This document shows, one piece after another, positions 18,472 through 27,346 of a stretch of 38,068 nt of DNA. Made by a program: the position numbers and the translations under genes. The notes under the pieces were generated by a model. That model did no database searches and was not told where the DNA came from. It worked only from the letters and a program-made list of their open reading frames with translations. The stretch comes from Gammaproteobacteria bacterium (GTDB lineage Bacteria; Pseudomonadota; Gammaproteobacteria; Burkholderiales; SG8-39): contig JBGOTT010000003.1 of assembly GCA_041476585.1 (NCBI GenBank), forward strand, positions 1-38,068, written 5' to 3'. How positions within the stretch are numbered: the first letter of the stretch is position 1; every line of letters begins with the position of its first letter.

Positions 18472-19292
18472 CGCTCGAAGCCGGGAAGCTATTCGACGTG
18501 CGGGGGCTTACAACGATAGTCACCGGAGGCGCGAGTGGAATCGGGCTTGCCTGCGCCGAGGTGATGGCGGCCAACGGTGCGCGTATCGCGCTGTTCGACA
18601 GTGATCCCGCGGCGCTCGAATCGGCCGTTCGCACGCTGTCGGCGACTAGCGCCGAAGTGCGGGCCGAGACCGTCGACGTGACAGATCGCGCCGCGCTGGA
18701 GCGCGCCTTCGAGGGCACGGCCGCTACATTCGGACGTATCGACGTAGTGTTCGCCAACGCTGGGATTGGCGGCGGGCCGGGTTTCCTCGCGGGCGACGGA
18801 GCGCGCAATCCGCAGCGCGCGGTCGAGAACATTCCGCACAAGCAGTGGGAGCGCGTGATCGCGGTGAACCTAGGTGGGATCTTCTGGACGATCCAGGCGG
18901 CGGTGCGCCACATGAAGAAACACGGCGCAGGCCGCATTATCGTTACCTCGTCGGTGTCGTCTTTCAAGACCGAGCAGCACGTGGGTACGCCCTACGTCGT
19001 CTCCAAGGCGGGCGTCGCGCACCTTGTCAGACAGGCGGCGCTGGAACTCGCCCGCTACGGCATCACGGTGAACGCAATCGCGCCGGGCCCATTCATCACC
19101 AACATCTCCGGGGGGCGGCTGAAGGATCCTGTCGCGCGGAGGCCTTTCGAGCGTGCGATCCCGATGCATCGCCTCGGCCGTGCCGACGACGTGCAGGGGC
19201 TGGCGCTGTTTCTCGCGTCGCCGGCAGCGAAATACATCACAGGGGCTCAGGTCAACGTGGACGGCGGTTTTTCGCTTGGCGGCGCCGATTGA
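18468..19292 (+). CDS. Short-chain dehydrogenase/reductase (classical SDR)
   Basis: TGGASGIG, ANAG, catalytic YVVSK, VNAIAPG, YITG..VNVDGG. Confidence 0.93.
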   Translation: MTLEAGKLFDVRGLTTIVTGGASGIGLACAEVMAANGARIALFDSDPAALESAVRTLSATSAEVRAETVDVTDRAALERAFEGTAATFGRIDVVFANAGIGGGPGFLAGDGARNPQRAVENIPHKQWERVIAVNLGGIFWTIQAAVRHMKKHGAGRIIVTSSVSSFKTEQHVGTPYVVSKAGVAHLVRQAALELARYGITVNAIAPGPFITNISGGRLKDPVARRPFERAIPMHRLGRADDVQGLALFLASPAAKYITGAQVNVDGGFSLGGAD

Positions 19293-19334
19293 GACGGGGG
19301 CTGACGCACGCGGCGCGAACACGCGGGCGCAGTA

Positions 19335-19395
19335 GCGCGCTTGACAGCCGCAACCGCGCTTGTTCATAATTATGGCCATGTTCATACTGGTGAAC
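19335..19395 (+). promoter_or_regulatory. Sigma70 promoter plus palindromic operator, copy 2
   Basis: TTGACA (19341), 18 bp, CATAAT (19365); operator GTTCATACTGGTGAAC at 19380-19395. Confidence 0.78.
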
Positions 19396-19432
19396 TAAGG
19401 ATTCAGATTCAACTTTCTAAGAGGGGCTCGTC

Positions 19433-20242
19433 ATGGAACTGCGCAGGGCAGATCTCGGCAAACATCCACTGTGGCACTCGAATCAGGGCTGGAGGGCGAG
19501 GATCGGGATCATCTACCCCGGGGCGGGTTTCCATCACATCGGCGATTTCCACAAGCTCGCGCCCAAAGGGGTCGCCGTGGGAGCGGCTGCCGTGCCGCGG
19601 CACAAGGACGAAAGCGCCGAGGCGATGATGCATCTCGACGAGAAGGTGGTCGAGACGGCGAAGATCCTCGCCGCGAGCCAGCCCGACGTGATCGGCTGGA
19701 TCTGCACCGCGGGAAGCTTCATGAAGGGCAAGGGACACGATGAGCGGCTGGTGAGGGAAATGGAGGCGGCCACGCGCATCCCCTGCACGACGACCTCCAC
19801 GGCAATGATGGCCGCGTTCCGGCAGCTCGGGATCAAGAAGCTGTCGATGTGCACGCCCTATCCCAATCCGGTGAATGACATCGAGAAGAAGTTCCTCGAG
19901 GACAACGGTTTCAAGGTTCTCAAGTGCGAGGGACTCGATCTCGTCGACAACAACATCCTCGCGCACTTGCCGCCGAGCGTGCTCTACCGCTTGGCGAAGG
20001 CGGTCGACACGCCCGACTCCGACGGCGTGTTTATCAGCTGCACGGGGATCGATGCGCTCGACGTGATTGAGGCGCTCGAGCAGGACCTCGGCAAGCCAGT
20101 GGTGACCTCCAACCAGGCCGCTTACTGGATGTGTTTCAAGCTCGCCGGCATCGGTGAGCCGATACAGGGCTACGGCCGGCTGATGCGGGAGCCGCGCACC
20201 CGGACGGCCGAGGAGCGGGAACGGCGTCTTGCCGCAGTTTGA
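19433..20242 (+). CDS. Asp/Glu racemase superfamily protein (maleate isomerase / arylmalonate decarboxylase-like)
   Basis: RARIGII, WICTAGSF (C91), TPY, DGVFISCT (C203), LEQDLGKPVVTSNQA. Confidence 0.88.
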   Translation: MELRRADLGKHPLWHSNQGWRARIGIIYPGAGFHHIGDFHKLAPKGVAVGAAAVPRHKDESAEAMMHLDEKVVETAKILAASQPDVIGWICTAGSFMKGKGHDERLVREMEAATRIPCTTTSTAMMAAFRQLGIKKLSMCTPYPNPVNDIEKKFLEDNGFKVLKCEGLDLVDNNILAHLPPSVLYRLAKAVDTPDSDGVFISCTGIDALDVIEALEQDLGKPVVTSNQAAYWMCFKLAGIGEPIQGYGRLMREPRTRTAEERERRLAAV

Positions 20243-20256
20243 AGGAGAACCAACGC

Positions 20257-21216
20257 ATGAAAGTGGTTCGAGGCATATTGCTGTTCGCCCTGGGCTGGCT
20301 GTTCGCGGGCCTCTCCCTGGCCGAGTATCCGGAGAGGCCCATCACCATCGTGGTGCCGTACCCCGCCGGCGGGGTCATGGACCTGACTGCGCGCGCCTTG
20401 GCCGACAGCCTGACCGGCTACGTGTCGCAGCCGGTGATCGTGATCAACAAGACCGGGGCGGGGGCGACGATTGGGGGCAATGCCGTGGCGACCGCGGCCC
20501 CGGACGGCTATACGCTTGGCTTCTTCCCCGTCGCGGCGGCCGTGCCGGAAGTGTTCAGGTTCGCGTACAGCGCGCCGTATGCGAGCGGCGACCTCAAGGG
20601 CGTCTCCGCGGTGGCGGCCACCGCGATGTCGTTTGCCGTCAAGGCCGATTCGCCCCTGAAGAGCATGAAGGACGTCGTGGAGCTGGCGCGCCAAAGCGGT
20701 GGACTGATGATCGGGACGCCCGGCAAGCAGACACTGCCTTCGATGATCATGGTCAAGATGGCGCTGAAGGAAGGCGTGACGCTGGAAGATGCGCCGTTCG
20801 GCGGCGACTCGAAGACTCTGCCTGCGCTTCTCGGCGGGCACGTCCAGGTCGGGGCAATCGACTTTGCGGCGCTGAAGCCCTCGGTCGAAGCCGGAAAGAT
20901 CCGGGTGCTGGCGGTGTGTACCGAGAAAAGGATCGACCTGGCGCCCGACGTTCCGACGGTCCTCGAGCTCGGCTACGAATTGCCTTATGTCTCCTCGCTC
21001 GGCCTTTTCGGGCCCAAGAACCTGCCCGAGGACGTGACGAGGAAGCTCGACGAGCTGGTGGCGAAGATCGTCAGCGAGCCCAAGTTCGTCAGGCGCATGA
21101 AGGAGATGTCGATCCAGATCACGTACAAGGACTCGGCGACCTACCGCCGCGCGCTCGCTCGGGACCGTGACAATCTGGAGGCGTTCTTCACGCAGCAGGG
21201 CATGTACAAGAAATAG
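20257..21216 (+). CDS. Bug/TctC substrate-binding protein (more divergent type)
   Basis: YPERPITIVVPYPAGG, INKTGAGATIG, APDGYTLG, PFGG...LLGGHV; AAGGAG RBS before the ATG at 20257. Confidence 0.9.
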   Translation: MKVVRGILLFALGWLFAGLSLAEYPERPITIVVPYPAGGVMDLTARALADSLTGYVSQPVIVINKTGAGATIGGNAVATAAPDGYTLGFFPVAAAVPEVFRFAYSAPYASGDLKGVSAVAATAMSFAVKADSPLKSMKDVVELARQSGGLMIGTPGKQTLPSMIMVKMALKEGVTLEDAPFGGDSKTLPALLGGHVQVGAIDFAALKPSVEAGKIRVLAVCTEKRIDLAPDVPTVLELGYELPYVSSLGLFGPKNLPEDVTRKLDELVAKIVSEPKFVRRMKEMSIQITYKDSATYRRALARDRDNLEAFFTQQGMYKK

Positions 21217-21237
21217 CAATCGCAAGGAGTCGATGAC

Positions 21238-22638
21238 ATGAGCCAAAAACCAGCACCGGTGCTCGAACCGGGACGCGAAACGCCGGTCCTGGGCGAGTAC
21301 GAAGTCGTGGTCCTGGGCGGTGGACCGGCGGGAATCGTCGCCGCCGCGGCCGCCGGGCGCACCGGCCGCTCCACGATCCTGATCGAGCGCTACGGGTTCC
21401 TGGGCGGTGCCGGGACCGCCGCGGGCGTGACCAACTTCTGCGGCCTGCACGCCAACGTCCACGGCGAGCACAAGCGCGTCGTGCATGGGCTGTCCGACGA
21501 ATTCACCGACCGGATCGATCGCCTGGGCGGCCTGAATGCGCCGCACGTGTCGCTCGCGGGCAAGATCACCGCGCAGGCCTACGACACCTCGGCCTACAAG
21601 ATTGCCGCCGACGAGTTCCTGGCCGCCTCCGGGGTGAAGGTGCTGTTCCACGCGTTCGGCGTGGGGATGACCAAGCGCTCCGAGCGCGAGATCGACACGC
21701 TGCTGATCGAAAGCAAGTCCGGGCGCCATGCCATCCGGGGCCGCATGTTCATCGAATGCTCCGGCGATGGTGACCTCGCGGCCTGGGCGGGCGCCCCGTT
21801 CGAGCTTGGCGACGGGGCAGGCAACATGCTCTATCCCTCCACCAATTTCCGCATCAGCGGAGTCGATCCGGTCAAGGCGGGCCGCGCCTGGGAAATCATT
21901 CCCAAGCTGATGGAGGAAGCGGAAAAAAAGGGCCGGCGCTTCCCGCGCAAGGGCGCGCTGGTGCGGCCGCAGAAAAACCCGATCGAGTGGCGCGCCAACG
22001 TCACGCAGATCAAGAATCCCGACGGCTCTGCGGTGAGCGGCATCGACGTCGAGCAGTTGAGCTACGGCGAGGTCGAGGGACGCCGCCAGTGCTGGGACGT
22101 GTTCGAGTTCATCAAGGGCGTGACGCCGGGGTTCGAGAACGCGTATATCGTCGAGATCGCACCGCAGATCGGCATACGCGAGACGCGCCGTATCGTCGGC
22201 GAATACATGTTGTCGGAGAGCGATATTCTCGAGTGCGCGAGCTTTTCCGATTCGATCGGCGTCAACGGCTGGCCGGTGGAGGCGCACGTTTCCGGCGCCG
22301 TGCTGCTCAAGTTCCCGAAGATCCCGGAATCCCGCGGATTCAACCAACTTCCCTACCGCATGATCGTTCCGTGCGGAATTGACAACCTGTTCGTTGCGGG
22401 CCGTTGCGCTTCCATGACGCACGACGGCCAGTCCTCGTCGCGCGTCTCGGGTCCGTGCTTCGCCATGGGGCAGGCCGCCGGCACGGCCGCGGACATGGCG
22501 CTAGGCGCCGGCGTCAAGCCGGCAAACGTTGACGTGCCGTCGTTGCAGCGCCGGCTGGTGGCGGACGGCGCGTACCTGGGCGACGACGGCGCGAGCGCCA
22601 CCGCGCGCACGCAGGAGAAGGCCGCTGCGCCCGCGTGA
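21238..22638 (+). CDS. FAD-dependent oxidoreductase (FAD_oxidored-type), substrate unknown
   Basis: VVVLGGGPAG, ERYGFLGG, IECSGDGDLAAWAG, GIRETRRIVGEY, PYRMIVP, NLFVAGRCAS, MGQAAGTAA. Confidence 0.88.
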   Translation: MSQKPAPVLEPGRETPVLGEYEVVVLGGGPAGIVAAAAAGRTGRSTILIERYGFLGGAGTAAGVTNFCGLHANVHGEHKRVVHGLSDEFTDRIDRLGGLNAPHVSLAGKITAQAYDTSAYKIAADEFLAASGVKVLFHAFGVGMTKRSEREIDTLLIESKSGRHAIRGRMFIECSGDGDLAAWAGAPFELGDGAGNMLYPSTNFRISGVDPVKAGRAWEIIPKLMEEAEKKGRRFPRKGALVRPQKNPIEWRANVTQIKNPDGSAVSGIDVEQLSYGEVEGRRQCWDVFEFIKGVTPGFENAYIVEIAPQIGIRETRRIVGEYMLSESDILECASFSDSIGVNGWPVEAHVSGAVLLKFPKIPESRGFNQLPYRMIVPCGIDNLFVAGRCASMTHDGQSSSRVSGPCFAMGQAAGTAADMALGAGVKPANVDVPSLQRRLVADGAYLGDDGASATARTQEKAAAPA

Positions 22639-22682
22639 ATTCACATCCTCGATCCCGGGCATCTGTGTGATCGGAGGGGCCG

Positions 22683-23969
22683 GTGAGACTGGCTGACGAC
22701 GAAAAAGCCATGCTGGACGGCAAGGAAGGACCGGCCAGGCAAAAGGCGATGGATCTGCTGGTGCGGTACGGTGAAGCGCTCGGCGCGGAACGGCTCATCG
22801 ATACCAACAATGTCTGCGGAACGATGGGCGCCACGATGCCCTTCCTGCGGGATTTCGCCGCGACGCACGGCATGGGGCTCGACGCGGTGTTCTCCGAGTT
22901 CAGCCTCGACAGCGCCGAAGTGGTGGAGATACCCAAGGTCAAGGTCTACAGCTGCCATCTGCAGCAGGGTCTGGACCCGGTTCACGCCGAGCAACAGGGC
23001 ATCGGCCCGCAGGCGGTCAAACTGTACCGCGACGGCGCGGCCTTCTTCGGCGGGCTCGGCGTGCAGCTCCTGAACACCTGCACCCCGTACCAGGTGGGCA
23101 ACGTCCCGGTGAAGGGCGAGCATTGCGCGTGGATGGAATCGTCGGCGGTGATCTACTGCAACTCGGTGCTGGGCGGCCGTACCAACGCAGAGGGGCGCGA
23201 GAGCGCCGGCGCCGCGATGCTTACCGGCAAGATTCCCTATTGGGGATACCACCTGGACGAGAACCGCCTCGGCACTCACCTGGTCGAGCTCGAAGTCGAG
23301 GTCAAGGACACCGCTGATTGGGGACTGCTCGGCTATTACATCGGCGAAGTGGTCCAGGAGCAGATACCCGTCCTGAGCGGCGTGAAGTGCGTCCCCAACC
23401 TCGCGCGGCTGAAACACTTCGGGGCCGCGGCTTCTTCGTCCGGCGGCGTCGAGATGTACCACGTGATCGGCGTGACTCCGGAAGCCCGCAGCCTTGAGGA
23501 TGCGTTCGGCGGGAAGAAGCCAATCACGAAATTCAAGTACGGCCCCGCGGAGCGGAAAATAGCCTACGAGCGGGTCAACTCTACGGGAAAGGACCGCAAC
23601 GTCGACTACGTCATGCTCGGCTGCCCCCATTACTCGCTCGAGCAGATCTGGGAGGTGTGCCAGCTGCTCGAGGGCCAGCGCATCCACGAGAACTGCAGCT
23701 TGTGGATCTTCACGCCGGGCGCGATCAAGCAGGTCGCGGACCAGAACGGCTACACGAAGATCATCGAAGACGCCGGGGGTTTTCTGATGACTGATACCTG
23801 TTCGGCGGTCGGCCGCGTGCTACCGAAGGGCGCGAAGATCGCGGCCGTGGACTCGGCCAAGCAGGCGCATTACCTACCCGCCATCATGGGCGTGCAGGCG
23901 TGGTTCGGCACGACGTTCGAGTGCGTCCAGGCGGCGATCACCGGGCGCTGGTCGGGCGGGCTGCGATGA
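22683..23969 (+). CDS. Aconitase X catalytic (large) subunit, DUF521
   Basis: EKAMLDGKEG, TCTPY, AWMESSAVIYCNSVLGGRTN, GKIPYWGYHLDENR, LKHFGAAASSSGGVEMYHVIGVTPEA, LGCPHYS, DTC. Confidence 0.9.
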   Translation: MRLADDEKAMLDGKEGPARQKAMDLLVRYGEALGAERLIDTNNVCGTMGATMPFLRDFAATHGMGLDAVFSEFSLDSAEVVEIPKVKVYSCHLQQGLDPVHAEQQGIGPQAVKLYRDGAAFFGGLGVQLLNTCTPYQVGNVPVKGEHCAWMESSAVIYCNSVLGGRTNAEGRESAGAAMLTGKIPYWGYHLDENRLGTHLVELEVEVKDTADWGLLGYYIGEVVQEQIPVLSGVKCVPNLARLKHFGAAASSSGGVEMYHVIGVTPEARSLEDAFGGKKPITKFKYGPAERKIAYERVNSTGKDRNVDYVMLGCPHYSLEQIWEVCQLLEGQRIHENCSLWIFTPGAIKQVADQNGYTKIIEDAGGFLMTDTCSAVGRVLPKGAKIAAVDSAKQAHYLPAIMGVQAWFGTTFECVQAAITGRWSGGLR

Positions 23970-24385
23970 ACAAGATCGTGCTGCGCGGCAGGAAGGTGGT
24001 GGGTGGGTGCGCCGAGGGCGAAGCGCTCGTCACCACGCACCGGATTTCCGGCTGGGGCGGGATCGACCCGAGGACCGGGATCATCATCGAGACGCGGCAC
24101 GAGCTGCGCGGCCAGAGCTTCAAGGGGAAGGTGCTAGTGTTTCCGGGCGCGAAGGGCTCGTCGGGATGGTCGAGCCAGTTTCACATCGCGCGGCTCGCGG
24201 GAGCGGCGCCGCTCGCCATGCTCTTCAACGAGATGACGACCAAGATCGCCCTCGGCGCGGTGGTCACGCACGCTCCCGCAGTGACCGATTTCGATCAGGA
24301 CCCGCTGCAGGTCATCGCCACCGGCGACTGGGTCAGGGTGGACGCCGACAACGGCACCGTCGAAGTGACCAAGAAGAGCCGGTGA
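23966..24385 (+). CDS. Aconitase X swivel (small) subunit, DUF126
   Basis: GCAEGEALV, ISGWGGIDPRTG, HELRGQSFKGKVLVFPGAKGSS, TGDWVRVDADNGTV. ATGA-coupled to the large subunit. Confidence 0.9.
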   Translation: MNKIVLRGRKVVGGCAEGEALVTTHRISGWGGIDPRTGIIIETRHELRGQSFKGKVLVFPGAKGSSGWSSQFHIARLAGAAPLAMLFNEMTTKIALGAVVTHAPAVTDFDQDPLQVIATGDWVRVDADNGTVEVTKKSR

Positions 24386-24407
24386 ATCCTCCGGATTGGA
24401 GTCGCGC

Positions 24408-26081
24408 ATGAGCAGGAAACTTCGCAGCAACTTCGAGCGCGGCACCTCGCGCTGGGCGGTGCGCCGCTCGCAATGGAAGGCGCTCGGCCTGACCGACGAG
24501 GACATGGAGAAACCGAAAATTGCGGTCGTCAACACCTCCTCGGAGCTCTCGAGCTGCTTCAGCCATCTCGACGGCGTGGCGGCGGAGGTGAAGGTAGCGA
24601 TCCGCGCCGCGGGCGGATTGCCCTTCGAGGTGCGCACTGCGGCGCCGAGCGATTTCATCACCAGCGCGGGCCACCGCGGCGGATACATCCTGCCGACCCG
24701 CGACCTGATCGTGAACGACATCGAGGTCGCCGTCGAAGGGGCGCTGCTCGACGGCATGGTGTGCCTCGCCTCGTGCGACAAGACCACGCCGGGGCAGATC
24801 ATGGCGGCGGCGCGCCTCAACATCCCGACGATCGTAGTGATCTGCGGCTATCAGCGCAGCGGCGAGTACGAGGGCAAGCACGTCGACATTGAGGACGTGT
24901 TCCTCAGCGCCGGGCATGTGGCCGCCGGCAGGATCACCGTCAAGGACCTGACCGGCATGTCCGACAACGCCGTGCTCGGGCCGGGCGTGTGCGCCGGCAT
25001 GGGCACGGCGAATTCCATGCACATCGTGTGCGAAGCGCTCGGCATGGCGCTGCCGGGCAGCGCCCCCGTCCTCGCGAACAGCGCGAAGATGATGGAGCAC
25101 GTGCGCCGCGCCGGAGAAAGGATCGTCGCGATGATCTGGGAAGATCTCAAGCCCAGGTATATCCTGACGAAGGAAGCCTTCGCCAACGCCGTGATGGCGA
25201 TCTTGAGCCTGAGCGGCTCGATCAACACGGTCAAGCACCTGCAGGCCATCGCCGTCGAGGCAGAGTGCGACGTGGACGTCTACGGCCTGTTCGAGCACTA
25301 CGCCGACAGGATCCCGCTGCTCGCCGCGATCCGTCCCAACGGCGAGCACCTGATCGAAGACCTCGAGGCCGCCGGCGGCGCGCGGGCGGTGATGAAACGG
25401 CTCGAGCGATTCCTGCACGCGAGCGCGCGGACGGTGACCGGGCAGACGGTGCGCGAGATCCTGCGCGACGTCGTGGTGCCGGAGCAGGATGTCGTCCGCA
25501 CGGTGGACGACCCGCTGTCGAGAAGGCCGTCCATCGTGATCGTCCGGGGCTCGCTTGCGCCGGAGACCGGCATCGTCAAGCTCGGCGTCGGCGATACCCG
25601 CACGCTGCAGTTCTCCGGTCGCGCCAACGTCTATCACTCCCGCGAGGCCGCCCTGCAGGGGCTGGCGAAAGGCGAGATCACGCGCGGCCAGGTGGTGGTG
25701 CTCAGAGGCATGGGTACGAAGGGCGGCCCCGGCATGGCCATGGCCTCCGCGCTGGTGTTCGCTCTCGACGGGGCCGAATTGAGCGAGCACGTGGCGGTGG
25801 TGACCGACGGGCAGTTGTCGGGGCTCGTCAACCGCGGCCTGGTGGTCGGCGAAGTCCTGCCGGAGGCCGCGGAAGCCGGCCCGCTGGCTCTGGTGGAGAA
25901 CGGCGACCTGATCGTGATCGACGTCGAGAAGCGGGTTGTCAACCTCGAAGTGCCGCAAACCGAGCTCGCGGCGCGGCGCTCGCGCCTGCACAAGCTCGTG
26001 TCGCCGGATGAGAAGGGTTGGCTTTCGATTTACCAGCGCACCGTCCAGCCGCTGTCCAAGGGCGCAGTGCTTCGCAAATGA
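24408..26081 (+). CDS. IlvD/Edd family dehydratase (divergent paralogue)
   Basis: KPKIAVVN, SCDKTTPG, GVCAGMGTANSM, EALGMALPG, GSLAPETGIVK, GGPGM, TDGQLSG, PEAAEAGPLALVENGD. Confidence 0.9.
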   Translation: MSRKLRSNFERGTSRWAVRRSQWKALGLTDEDMEKPKIAVVNTSSELSSCFSHLDGVAAEVKVAIRAAGGLPFEVRTAAPSDFITSAGHRGGYILPTRDLIVNDIEVAVEGALLDGMVCLASCDKTTPGQIMAAARLNIPTIVVICGYQRSGEYEGKHVDIEDVFLSAGHVAAGRITVKDLTGMSDNAVLGPGVCAGMGTANSMHIVCEALGMALPGSAPVLANSAKMMEHVRRAGERIVAMIWEDLKPRYILTKEAFANAVMAILSLSGSINTVKHLQAIAVEAECDVDVYGLFEHYADRIPLLAAIRPNGEHLIEDLEAAGGARAVMKRLERFLHASARTVTGQTVREILRDVVVPEQDVVRTVDDPLSRRPSIVIVRGSLAPETGIVKLGVGDTRTLQFSGRANVYHSREAALQGLAKGEITRGQVVVLRGMGTKGGPGMAMASALVFALDGAELSEHVAVVTDGQLSGLVNRGLVVGEVLPEAAEAGPLALVENGDLIVIDVEKRVVNLEVPQTELAARRSRLHKLVSPDEKGWLSIYQRTVQPLSKGAVLRK

Positions 26082-26101
26082 ACATGGAAAGATAATCGAT
26101 C

Positions 26102-27100
26102 ATGAGGATTTCCTTCGCTGCAATGATTCGCCGCAATGCGTGGACAGCCGCCGCTGTCGCCGGCCTGGTCTGCGGTCTGTCGGTGTCGGCGGGCGCGTCG
26201 GCACAAGGCTTTCCGACCAAACCGATTCACCTCATCGTACCCAACGCCCCGGGCGGAGCGATCGATATCCTGGCGAGGACACTTTCAGTGCACCTGCAGG
26301 CCTTCTGGGAGCAGCCGCTCGTCGTGGAGTACAAGCCCGGCGCCGGCACGATGCTTGGGACCGACTTCGTCGCGAAGTCGGCTCCCGACGGCTATACGCT
26401 GGGTATGGTGATCACCGGGCACATGATCAATCCGAGCTTGCGCACGAACATGCCCTTCGACACCGTGAAGGATCTATCGGGCGTGACCATGCTCGGGATT
26501 GCGCACATCCTGATCTCCGCCACCCCCTCGTTCGAGGCGAAGAGCATCGCGGAGCTCATCGCGCTGGCGAAGAAGCAGCCCGGAAAGATTAGCTACGCAT
26601 CGCCGGGCAGCGGCAGCTCGATGCATCTGGCGGGAGAGTTGCTGAAAACCATGTCCGGCATCGATCTGCTGCACATCCCGTACAAAGGCAGCGGACCCGC
26701 GTATCCGGATGTCATCGCGGGCCGCGTCCCGCTCCTGATCGACCCGTTGTTTTCCTCGATGAGCTACGTCAAGGGCGGGCGGCTGAAGCCCATCGCGGTA
26801 ACCAACCCCGCGCGCGCCTCGATCGCGCCCGAGATACCTACGGTCGCCGAAACCATCCCGGGGTTCAGCGTTCAGAGTATCTTCGGCATCGTCGCCCCGA
26901 GCCAAACGCCGCACGAGCTTGTGCGCAAGATCAGCGCCGACATCGTTAGCGTGTTGCGCGTTCCGGAAGTGAAGGCGCGTATGGTCGAGCTGGGAATGGA
27001 GACGGTCGGCAATACGCCGGAGCAGTTCGACGCCTACATCCGCACGGAAATCGACAAGTGGGCGAAGGTTGTCAAGGCTTCGGGGGCCAAGGTCGACTAG
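26102..27100 (+). CDS. Bug/TctC substrate-binding protein
   Basis: FPTKPIHLIVPNAPGG, KPGAGTMLG, APDGYTL, HIPYKG, KWAKVVKASGAKVD. Confidence 0.94.
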   Translation: MRISFAAMIRRNAWTAAAVAGLVCGLSVSAGASAQGFPTKPIHLIVPNAPGGAIDILARTLSVHLQAFWEQPLVVEYKPGAGTMLGTDFVAKSAPDGYTLGMVITGHMINPSLRTNMPFDTVKDLSGVTMLGIAHILISATPSFEAKSIAELIALAKKQPGKISYASPGSGSSMHLAGELLKTMSGIDLLHIPYKGSGPAYPDVIAGRVPLLIDPLFSSMSYVKGGRLKPIAVTNPARASIAPEIPTVAETIPGFSVQSIFGIVAPSQTPHELVRKISADIVSVLRVPEVKARMVELGMETVGNTPEQFDAYIRTEIDKWAKVVKASGAKVD

Positions 27101-27187
27101 CAACTTCAAGACGTTCACTCCTTCCTCCCCCGAAATGGTCCGGGAGGAGCGTACGTCCCGCCCTCAGGCGCCTCTTCGTGTGCTCAG

Positions 27188-27240
27188 GGTGGGGGAATTT
27201 GGGGTGGCCACAGGTGGGGGAGTTTGGGTGGCCACCGGGG
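27188..27240. mobile_element. IS21-family-like element end with two tandem repeats (orphan)
   Basis: GGTGGGGGAATTTGGGGTGGCCAC (27188-27211) and GGTGGGGGAGTTTGGGTGGCCAC (27213-27235), then CGGGG. Repeated terminal boxes are characteristic of IS21 ends; no istA/istB is present. Confidence 0.6.
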
Positions 27241-27346
27241 GGGCTTTGAGCATTTTCCTGTTCCTGACTAATTGCATGGCGCACAATTGATATCAGAGAT
27301 TGCCTGTTCTGCAACACCCACTCCGCTGATTCTGTGCAACACAATG

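Noticed and set aside
20170-22422. 750-aa minus-strand ORF, and similar long ones at 24333-25991, 27860-29761 and 13994-15292
   Set aside because: Antisense shadows of well-supported GC-rich genes; no recognisable motifs.
27188-27240. G-rich tandem repeats as a CRISPR array or G-quadruplex element
   Set aside because: Only two units, no spacers and no cas genes; an IS21-like end explains them better.
27278-27295. Possible sigma54 promoter TGGCGCACAATTGAT
   Set aside because: There is no GC at the required spacing from the GG.
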